A stretch of DNA of 64,000 nt from an uncultured Gemmatimonadales bacterium (GTDB taxonomy: Bacteria > Gemmatimonadota > Gemmatimonadetes > Gemmatimonadales > Gemmatimonadaceae), in the NCBI GenBank assembly GCA_963793305.1, contig CAWBZV010000010.1, forward strand, positions 32,001 to 96,000. The letters run 5' to 3'. A program made the translations under genes and the position numbers. The notes under the pieces are model-generated. The model searched no databases. It was not told where the DNA came from and worked only from the letters and a program-made list of their open reading frames with translations. This document shows, piece by piece, positions 56,977 through 64,000 of this stretch (positions are counted from its first letter, which is position 1; each line of letters opens with the position of its first letter).

Positions 56977-57819
56977 TCAGTTCACGGTGATAGTTTGGAT
57001 CATCCCTTCCATGAAGTGCGGCTTCCCGTTCTTGATGTCCGGGATGAGGCACAAGAGCGCGTAGTTGCCCGGCTCGAAGGTCGCGGTAAACGATTGCACG
57101 ATGCCGGTGGCCGCGGCCGCAGTACCACCCATGGCGTGCCCTGGCGCCGGGCCCTGCATGGTGCGAGCCCAGTCGATGTAGTCCTGCCCCGTCTTGCCGG
57201 CGTCGAGCTGCACGACGAGCACCTCATGGGGCTGCCCCGGCGCGGTCACGACCTCGAAGGTGTGTGTGCCAGCCGTGATCGGCTTGGCGAGGGCGAACAC
57301 GAAGTCGCTCAGTGTGATGGCGTTGTCGGTGACCGGCGCGATGGCAACCGGCCCCCCGGGCGTTGCCGGCGACGCCGCGGTCACGGTCAGCGCGCGGTAC
57401 ATGCCTTTCATATAATGCGGCACGCCATTGGGCACGTCGAGAATGCAGATGATCGCGTAGTTGCCAGCCGCAATGTCGAGCGTCGCGGCCGATTCCTTTC
57501 CCGGATCGGGCACATTGGGGCCGCCGACATACGTTGCCCACGCCGGCAAGGCGTACTGTTTCTTGATCGCGACCAAGAGATCGGCGACCGTCTTGCCGCT
57601 GTCGAGGCGAACGAGCAGGGCGTGATGCAACCCTGGTCCGCGGTTGACGAGATGGAACGTCGTGACGCCGGCGGCAATCTGCGCTGGCGCAACGAATGCG
57701 AAGTCGCTGGCCTCTATCATCACGGACGCCGGTCCGGGTGGTGAGGCGGGAGGCGTCTGCTTTGATTCACAGGCTGTCACGAGCAGACCGAGTGCGAGAG
57801 CGGAACGGTAGGTGCGCAT
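56977..57819 (-). CDS. lipoprotein with two cupredoxin-like (type-1 Cu) repeats
   Basis: Lipobox VTA-C; H...GNYAIIC..PHYMKGM and H...GNYALLC..PHFMEGM. Confidence 0.75.
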   Translation of the reverse strand: MRTYRSALALGLLVTACESKQTPPASPPGPASVMIEASDFAFVAPAQIAAGVTTFHLVNRGPGLHHALLVRLDSGKTVADLLVAIKKQYALPAWATYVGGPNVPDPGKESAATLDIAAGNYAIICILDVPNGVPHYMKGMYRALTVTAASPATPGGPVAIAPVTDNAITLSDFVFALAKPITAGTHTFEVVTAPGQPHEVLVVQLDAGKTGQDYIDWARTMQGPAPGHAMGGTAAAATGIVQSFTATFEPGNYALLCLIPDIKNGKPHFMEGMIQTITVN

Positions 57820-57905
57820 GCGACCCCGCCAGCGGAAGAGGGAACGCTACGACTGCGCCATCATATCGCCGTCGATATGGTCCGGGAATAGGAGAATATT
57901 CGACG

Positions 57906-59937
57906 CTATGTACGGGAAACGCTGACAGCGGATGCCGACTCGAGCACGGTCTGATATCCGCTCTTCGCCCGAGACCGCTCCGCTTGCGGCCACATGACGA
58001 TCAACCCGCCGATGGCCATGGTGAGCCCGCCATACCATACCCACCAGACCAGTGGATTGAACGTGATGCGGATTTCGGCGGTATCCTCGTTGATCGCGCC
58101 GGCGAGCACCACGTAGAACGTCCTGAGCCAGGCCTTCCTGGATGCCGACCGCGGTCGACGGCTCGAACGTCCCGTTGCCGCGGCTATCGAAGTGCTGCCG
58201 CTTCTCGCTCTCGATGAGCGGCATGCGCTGGCCATCGCGGGTCGGCTTGAGCGTCACGGCAACCACATGGCGGTTGAGCTGGTCGAACAGTGACACGCCT
58301 TCGCTCACGAAGCGCCAGTGATGTCCGTATGGGTCGGTCGTTTCGAAGCTCTCGCCAGTGTGCAGCGTCACGTCGTTCTCGCGCTTGAACGCGAGACCGG
58401 CGAACGCGCAGAACAGAATGACCACGCCCGCGTGTACGATGTACCCGCCGTAGCGCCGACGATTCCGGCCGACGAGGCGCACGAATGCCACGGGCGCCGA
58501 TTCGCCGTGCATACGCCGGCGTGCCCCGACTCCCTTGTAGAATTCCTGCGCTATCGTCCCAGCGACGAACCCCGCCAGCGCATAAGCCACGACTGCGTGC
58601 CACTCGCGCATGCCCGCTGCCACCAGCAGCACACCGGTCGAAACGCCAGTGAACGTGGGCAGAACGAACTGCCGCTTGAGATTCGCGACCGACGCCCGGC
58701 GCCAGGCGATCAGCGGACCGATTCCCGTGAGCAATAGCAACAACAGGCCGAGCGGGATGTTGACCGCGTTAAAAAATGGCGGGCCGACCGTGATCTTCGA
58801 GCCGCGCACCGCCTCGCTCAGGATCGGGAAGAGCGTGCCCCACAGCACCGAGAACGCGATCCCGACCAGCAACAAATTGTTGTAGAGAAATGCCGCTTCC
58901 CGGCTGACCATGCTCTCCAGCTCGGCCTTGGCCTCCAAGTCCTTGAGACGAGTCGCCACCAGGTAGGCCGTGACCGCGACGCAAGCAACCAGCATCCCCG
59001 CGAACCAGTTGCCGACCGGTGACTGTGCGAACGAGTGGACGCTCGAGATCACGCCGCTGCGCGTGATGAACGTGCCGAGAATCGCGAGCAAGAACGTCGA
59101 CACCACCAGCACGACGTTCCATTTGCGGAGCATGCCCCGCTTCTCCTGGACCATGATCGAGTGCAAGAACGCGGTGCCCGTGAGCCACGGGAGCAGCGAT
59201 GCGTTCTCGACGGGATCCCACGCCCAATATCCACCCCAGCCGAGCTCGACGTAGGCCCACCACATGCCGAGCGTGATGCCGACCGTGAGAAAGAACCATG
59301 AGACGAGCGACCACCGGCGCACGGCGCTGAGCCACTCGGCGTCGAGCCGGCGCGTAATCAGCGCGGCGATCGCGAAGGCGAACGGGATCGCGGTCGCGAC
59401 GTAGCCGAGGTACAGGTTCGGTGGGTGAATCGCCATACCGGGATTCTGGAGCTGGGGATTGAGCCCGTTGCCGTCGGCCGGCATCCAGTCGAGGTGGTCG
59501 TACGGATTCGCGCCAAAACACATCGTCGCCAGAAAGAACAGCGTAATGGCCGACAGGGTGCCCGCGACATACGGCATGAGCACCTGATTGCGGCCACGAT
59601 TCGTCCACAGCGCGACGGCCGAATACGCGCTCAGAATCAAGCACCAGAAGAGCATCGAGCCGGCTTGCCCTGCCCAGAACGCGGTCAGCGTATACACGAA
59701 CGGCAAGTTGGCACTCGTGTACTCGGCCACGAACTTGAGCGAGAAGTCGTGGGTGATGAGCGCGGTCCAAAGTCCGAGTGACGCCAGCGCAACGAACCCG
59801 CACGTGGCATAGATCCCCCGTGCGCCGCTCTCGACCAGGTTGCGCCAATGGAGCGCGCCGCCGGCGAACGAGACGACCGTGGACCAGGTGGCGACGACGA
59901 GCGCCAACCAGAGGGACAACTCCCCGATGAGTATCAC
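57906..59937 (-). CDS. ccmF: cytochrome c heme lyase CcmF, apparent +1 frameshift near 58118
   Basis: WAGQAGS, NPQLQ, HPP, WAYVELGWGGYWAWDPVEN, SVHSF; tail DVYVVL..FNPLVWWVWYGG in the other frame. Confidence 0.93.
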
Positions 59938-60380
59938 GTCGTCGCGTTCGGCAACCGATAGCCTGGCGTGTTGCGATACTTCTGGGGGGCGTTCTCATAG
60001 CGCGACGCGCACTTGGCGAGCAGCGTCGTCGCGCGGAACGTGCCATCGTGGCCGAGTCGCCCTTCTACCACGACATCGACACCATCGGTGAACGTGTCGG
60101 GCGTGATGCCGCGATAGACGACCGGGTACGTGTGCGCGCCATCCGAGACTCTAAAGCTGACCTCGCGCCCTCCGGGCGTTCGGACGATCGAGCCCGGGAC
60201 CACGCGTGCACCGACCTTGACGCCGGTTTCGACGAACGTCGGGTCAGTGGAGACCTTGGTGGCGAGCTCTTGGGGCGTGAGATAGTACTCGCCGGTCGTC
60301 TTGATCGCGTTCGCCATCAGCAAGCCGGCCGCGCTGAGGATGACTACTCCGCCGGCCAGCCACATCGTCCGTGGGTGCAT
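59934..60380 (-). CDS. ccmE: heme chaperone CcmE, CxxxY variant
   Basis: YYLTP, VVPGSI, YRGITPDTF, VVVEG, LLAKCASRY. Confidence 0.92.
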   Translation of the reverse strand: MHPRTMWLAGGVVILSAAGLLMANAIKTTGEYYLTPQELATKVSTDPTFVETGVKVGARVVPGSIVRTPGGREVSFRVSDGAHTYPVVYRGITPDTFTDGVDVVVEGRLGHDGTFRATTLLAKCASRYENAPQKYRNTPGYRLPNATT

Positions 60381-60413
60381 CGGACTAATATCTCCCAGAC
60401 CTCCTGCGACTTG

Positions 60414-60432
60414 TGTCAGGGGTTCGCTGACA
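60414..60432. promoter_or_regulatory. 19-bp regulon palindrome, site 7
   Basis: TGTCAGGGGTTCGCTGACA upstream of ccmE. Confidence 0.6.
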
Positions 60433-60446
60433 TCATCATTGCGTCT

Positions 60447-60900
60447 GTGCCTCACGCCAATCAGCCCCAGATCCACGAGCTCGATCGCGCCGCCTGCGAG
60501 GCGATCCTCGCGCGGCACTCGGTCGGAACGTCTCGCATTCTGGCAGCACAATCGCGTCGATATCGAACCGCTGAACTATGTGTTCGTCGACGGATGGATC
60601 TACGGCCGCACGTCACCCGGCCGGAAGATCGAGGCCGTCGGGCACCAACACCATGTCGCGTTCGAGGTCGACGAAGTCGCCGGCCCGTTCGATTGGCGCA
60701 GCGTCGTCGTCCACGGGGGCTGGTACCGGATGGAAACAGCTCCGCCGGCTGAGTTGGCGCACTGGGAGCGAGGAGTCGATGCGCTGCGCAAGCTCGTGCC
60801 GGGGAGCCTCAGCGAGAGTGACCCCGTCCCGTTCCGAACCGTCGTCTTCCGCATTCACGCGGCCGAGATCACCGGCCGGGAATGCTCGCCACCTCGCTAG
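60447..60900 (+). CDS. pyridoxamine 5'-phosphate oxidase-like FMN-binding protein, apparent +1 frameshift near 60527
   Basis: ELDRAACEAILARHSVG/RLAF..PLNY..RTSPGRK..VAFEVD..WRSVVVHG..ITGR. Confidence 0.85.
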
Positions 60901-61564
60901 ACTCGGCGCTGACCTCGAGCCGATTCACGACCTCCGTCACACCGGGCGCATTGTACGCTGCCCGTTCGGCGTCACGGCGCTCGGCCATCGACCGGACGGT
61001 CCCGCGCAGCGTCACTCGTTCGCCGACCGCTTCGATCGCGATCCCGCTCACGTCCAGCCTCGAGTGCCGCAAGAGCGCCTTCTCGATTTCCCGCTTCACC
61101 TGACTCGCTGTCGGGATCGGCGGCACGACCACGATGTCGTTGGTGATCCCGCGAACACCAACCAAGTACGAGATCGAGCGCTCCGCGGATTTCCGCTGGT
61201 AGTGATACGGGACGGTGCCGCGCAGCCGAACCCACCCGTGCTCGACCGCCACGGCGACCGCGCCACGCGGGAGGAACGAATCCCATTCGATCGCCACCGC
61301 CGCCGCACGCGCAAGTGACTCATCCTCGGTCCGAAACGCGCTCGGCAGCTTGACTTCCAGCTCCGAGGCGACGGCGCGCACGCCCTTGACGCGTTCGACC
61401 GCCTCGATCGCGGCGTGCTTCTCGGCCAGACTCGGTAAGGACCCGGTCAGCGTGACGATGCCCTCCGACACCGTGACCCCGAGGCCCTTCTCGGTCACGC
61501 TTGGCTCCCAGAGAATCTCGTCGAGCACGTCGCGCTCGAGCTCCGCATCCGTGATCGACATCAT
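60869..61564 (-). CDS. OsmY-like triple BON domain protein
   Basis: DEILWEP, GIVTLTG, VKGVRAV, GWVRLRG, GVRGITN, APGVTEVVNRL. Confidence 0.92.
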   Translation of the reverse strand: MMSITDAELERDVLDEILWEPSVTEKGLGVTVSEGIVTLTGSLPSLAEKHAAIEAVERVKGVRAVASELEVKLPSAFRTEDESLARAAAVAIEWDSFLPRGAVAVAVEHGWVRLRGTVPYHYQRKSAERSISYLVGVRGITNDIVVVPPIPTASQVKREIEKALLRHSRLDVSGIAIEAVGERVTLRGTVRSMAERRDAERAAYNAPGVTEVVNRLEVSAESSEVASIPGR

Positions 61565-61986
61565 GTGAGCACCTCGCTGGTGATGCCCCGCACTCCGGGG
61601 ACGCACTCGAGCGCCTGCTCGACCAACTCGTAGGCCGCGGCGGATGCCACCCCACTCAAATTGACCCACCCGTGCTCGACGCGCGCAAACACGTCGGGTC
61701 GATCGGGGATCGTGTCGAGCGCCGCCACGATCGCATGCGCGATCGTCGTGTCGCTCAACGGCTGCACCGGCTCGCCGATGACGTGCACGGCGTCGGCGAG
61801 TGCTCGCACGCCCGGCACGGATGCCAGGACGCGCTCGAGCGCGGTCTTTTGCTCCTGGGTGGCGACATGTCCATTCAGCGTGACCACGCCGTCGGCGATC
61901 GACACAGCGATGTTTCTCCCCATTACACCGAGCTCGCGCTCGAGCGCCGTCACGATATCCACGTAGATCCTGTCGTCGGTCCACAT
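61561..61986 (-). CDS. BON domain protein
   Basis: DGVVTLNG, VPGVRAL, HGWVNLSG, VPGVRGIT. Confidence 0.85.
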   Translation of the reverse strand: MWTDDRIYVDIVTALERELGVMGRNIAVSIADGVVTLNGHVATQEQKTALERVLASVPGVRALADAVHVIGEPVQPLSDTTIAHAIVAALDTIPDRPDVFARVEHGWVNLSGVASAAAYELVEQALECVPGVRGITSEVLT

Positions 61987-62065
61987 ACGCTCCGTCCTCG
62001 CTAATGTGTGCGATCAACCTAGGGCGGCGCGTGCGTGGGCGGTGTCCGGCTGATCGCCTCACGCG

Positions 62066-62084
62066 TGTCGGGCCTTCCCCTACG
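62066..62084. promoter_or_regulatory. 19-bp regulon palindrome, site 8
   Basis: TGTCGGGCCTTCCCCTACG upstream of the BON genes. Confidence 0.6.
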
Positions 62085-62742
62085 TCGCCGTGAGTAACCC
62101 GAGCTTGAGGGCAAAGCGGACGTAATCCGCCCAATGCGCGAGGCCGAGCTTCTCGTGCACGCGTTGCTTGTACGTGTCGACGGTCTTCGCGCTGATCGAG
62201 AGCTTCTCTCCGATCTCGGGCGCCGTATAGCCTTCCGCGGTGAGACGCAACACGTCCCGCTCGCGATCGCTCAACGATTCGTAGCGGTCGCGATCGACCT
62301 TCGCCGGATCCTTTCGCGTGAGCCCCTGCGCGAGCACCCGGGCGGCTGCTTGGCGGACGTAGAGGTCACCGTTCGCCACCCCACGGATCGCATCGATCAG
62401 CTCGCGATCCGCGGATGTCTTGACGACATAACCAGCCGCGCCAGCCTGCAGGATGGGGACGAGGTACTCCTCCTCGGTGTGCATCGTGAGGATGAGCACG
62501 CGCGGGCGCGGACCCTTCGCGACGATCTCCTTCGTCACCTGGAGCCCATCGCCATCTGGCATGTCGAGGTCGAGCACAATGACGTCCGGATCGCAGCGCT
62601 GGGCCATGGCGATCGCCTGAGCTCCTGTGGACGCCTCGCCGACGACGGCCATGTCCTTGGCCGTGGCCAGCACCGCCTTTACGCCCGCACGGACCACGGC
62701 ATGGTCGTCCGCCAATAGCACTCGGATCGTATCGCCCAACAT
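62080..62742 (-). CDS. NarL/NreC-family response regulator (REC + LuxR HTH)
   Basis: LADDHAVVR, LDLDMP, LTMH, GAAGYVVK, LSDRERDVL..EIGEKLSISAKTVDTY. Confidence 0.95.
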   Translation of the reverse strand: MLGDTIRVLLADDHAVVRAGVKAVLATAKDMAVVGEASTGAQAIAMAQRCDPDVIVLDLDMPDGDGLQVTKEIVAKGPRPRVLILTMHTEEEYLVPILQAGAAGYVVKTSADRELIDAIRGVANGDLYVRQAAARVLAQGLTRKDPAKVDRDRYESLSDRERDVLRLTAEGYTAPEIGEKLSISAKTVDTYKQRVHEKLGLAHWADYVRFALKLGLLTAT

Positions 62743-62793
62743 TGGTTCCTCCCCGAAAGTGCTGGGAGAATAGTGAGCCGACGAGCCCGGGCT

Positions 62794-62812
62794 TGTCAGG
62801 TTCTCCCTGACA
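62794..62812. promoter_or_regulatory. 19-bp regulon palindrome, site 9 (perfect 7-bp arms)
   Basis: TGTCAGG-TTCTC-CCTGACA between the regulator and the USP gene. Confidence 0.7.
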
Positions 62813-62859
62813 TCGCGTCAGGCGGTAGCCCAATGCCACGTCGCCCAATTCTGCCGATT

Positions 62860-63639
62860 ATGGGTACTGTGTCTCTCCTCTTGGTCGCAACCGACGGCCG
62901 CGAGTCCTCGGCCGGCGCCGTTCGCCTCGCGCGCCGGTTGGCCGAGTCGCATAGGAGCGACGTCGAGTTGCTGACGGTTGGCGACTCCAGATCCGGACGA
63001 TCCGTCCAGGCCCTCTTGGAAGCCCTCTTCGCCTCGCCCCCCACGTGGCCGCATACAATTGCGCCCGGAGAGATTGGCCCGGCACTCACTCGAATCAGTA
63101 GGGAGCGCGGCGCGTCCATGCTCCTCGTCGGCATGAAGCCGGGCTCGGAACGGCGAACGGCGGTCCGGTTCGCGAGCTTCGCACCCATTCCAGTGCTGGT
63201 CGTGCCCGCTGACGTGGCTGAGGAACCGCGACGGGCACTCCTGACCCTCGATTTCAGCCAGTCCAGCCTGCACGCCGCCACGGTCGCGTTCAAGTTGTTG
63301 GCTAAGCCTGCTCGCGCATTCATGATTTCGGCGGGTCCCAACATCGTGGGCGAGGACCCTGAACCTCACATCGCAGTCCTGTTCGACGCGGTCGAGAACA
63401 TGCTCGGGCTGGACCCTGATATCGCGATCACGCAGCACAGCGTTGCCGGCGAGACGGCTGAAGCGCTGCTCCGGGTCGCCGCGAGCCAGTCTGTCGACCT
63501 CATCTCGGTGGGCCGCTGTGGCCGCTCACATGCTACCTGCTCCAAGCCCGGCGGCATCGGCCGAGTGGCCCGGGCTATCGTCGCCTCCGCATCGTGCGCA
63601 GTGCTGATCGCCGCCTCGCCGAGTCTGCTGCCATCGTAG
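62860..63639 (+). CDS. tandem universal stress protein
   Basis: LLVATDG, PVLVVP, LDFSQSS, DLISVG, IGRVARAIVASASCAVL. Confidence 0.85.
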   Translation: MGTVSLLLVATDGRESSAGAVRLARRLAESHRSDVELLTVGDSRSGRSVQALLEALFASPPTWPHTIAPGEIGPALTRISRERGASMLLVGMKPGSERRTAVRFASFAPIPVLVVPADVAEEPRRALLTLDFSQSSLHAATVAFKLLAKPARAFMISAGPNIVGEDPEPHIAVLFDAVENMLGLDPDIAITQHSVAGETAEALLRVAASQSVDLISVGRCGRSHATCSKPGGIGRVARAIVASASCAVLIAASPSLLPS

Positions 63640-63705
63640 CCCGATTGCGCAGGTCGTTACGGCACAGGCTCTTGCGATTGTTGAGCCGCCCCAGCAAGAT
63701 GAGAC

Positions 63706-64000
63706 GTGGCGATTCAACCCTCGCTGCTCATCACAGCATTTGAACAGGCGCCCGTCGCGATGCTCGTGCTGGATCCGGACGGATCCGTACAGGTCGCGAA
63801 CCCGCTGGCGCGCGAGTACCTCGCGGTCGAGCTCGCCGACGTGGGATCCGAGGCAGCTGCCTGGTGGCGCCGCGCCGTTCAACGGGCTGCGGAAGGATGC
63901 GTGGAAGTCAGCCAGGTCCAGGGATCAACCGGAGATCGCATTGTCGAATGGGTCATTCGACCTGTTCTGGACGCTGCCCGGAACCTCCTCGGTCTCACCG
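63706..64000 (+). CDS. PAS-domain protein, partial (possible sensor kinase)
   Basis: Manual translation from GTG 63706: AFEQAPVAMLVLDPDGSVQVANPLA; open to the window end. Confidence 0.6.
   Translation, partial: MAIQPSLLITAFEQAPVAMLVLDPDGSVQVANPLAREYLAVELADVGSEAAAWWRRAVQRAAEGCVEVSQVQGSTGDRIVEWVIRPVLDAARNLLGLT

Noticed and set aside
52100..58130. Programmed frameshifting or true pseudogenes in the MHC lipoprotein, TPR gene and ccmF
   Set aside because: No slippery heptamers; the same single-base-duplication signature occurs in unrelated genes across the window

Overview
GC-rich bacterial chromosomal window. The housekeeping core (sigma70 paralogue, MlaF, NUDIX, AraC, tRNA cluster) suggests a Gemmatimonadota-like organism; this is inference and was not searched. 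Left part (1-21.9 kb) is accessory: a P450-ferredoxin-PanB operon under a LysR, an MnoP-like porin/MntR/cation transporter module, an orphan CheB-CheR-PAS-kinase, a Cys-less OhrR with two near-consensus sigma70 promoters, and a 2.7-kb integrase-less islet bounded by a duplicated tRNA-Arg(ACG) 3' end. Middle (22-35 kb) holds four tRNAs, housekeeping genes, hydrolases and TA-like pairs. Right part (35-64 kb) is the highlight, a ~28-kb redox island. It encodes a Cyc2-like cytochrome-porin with a monoheme cytochrome c and a two-domain multicopper oxidase, a group 1 [NiFe] hydrogenase with cytochrome b, and a four-gene porin-multiheme conduit (9-heme lipoprotein, 20-heme NapC/NirT fusion, beta-barrel, 16-heme protein). 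It also encodes a Rieske/cytochrome b-c complex with a tandem cupredoxin lipoprotein, CcmE (CxxxY type) and CcmF, BON/USP proteins and a NarL-family regulator. A 19-bp palindrome (about YGTCRGG-N5-CCYKACR) recurs nine times in the intergenic regions of this island, suggesting one regulon. Seven genes carry single duplicated-base +1 frameshifts that look like sequencing errors. All assignments come from motif recognition by eye; no database searches were run.
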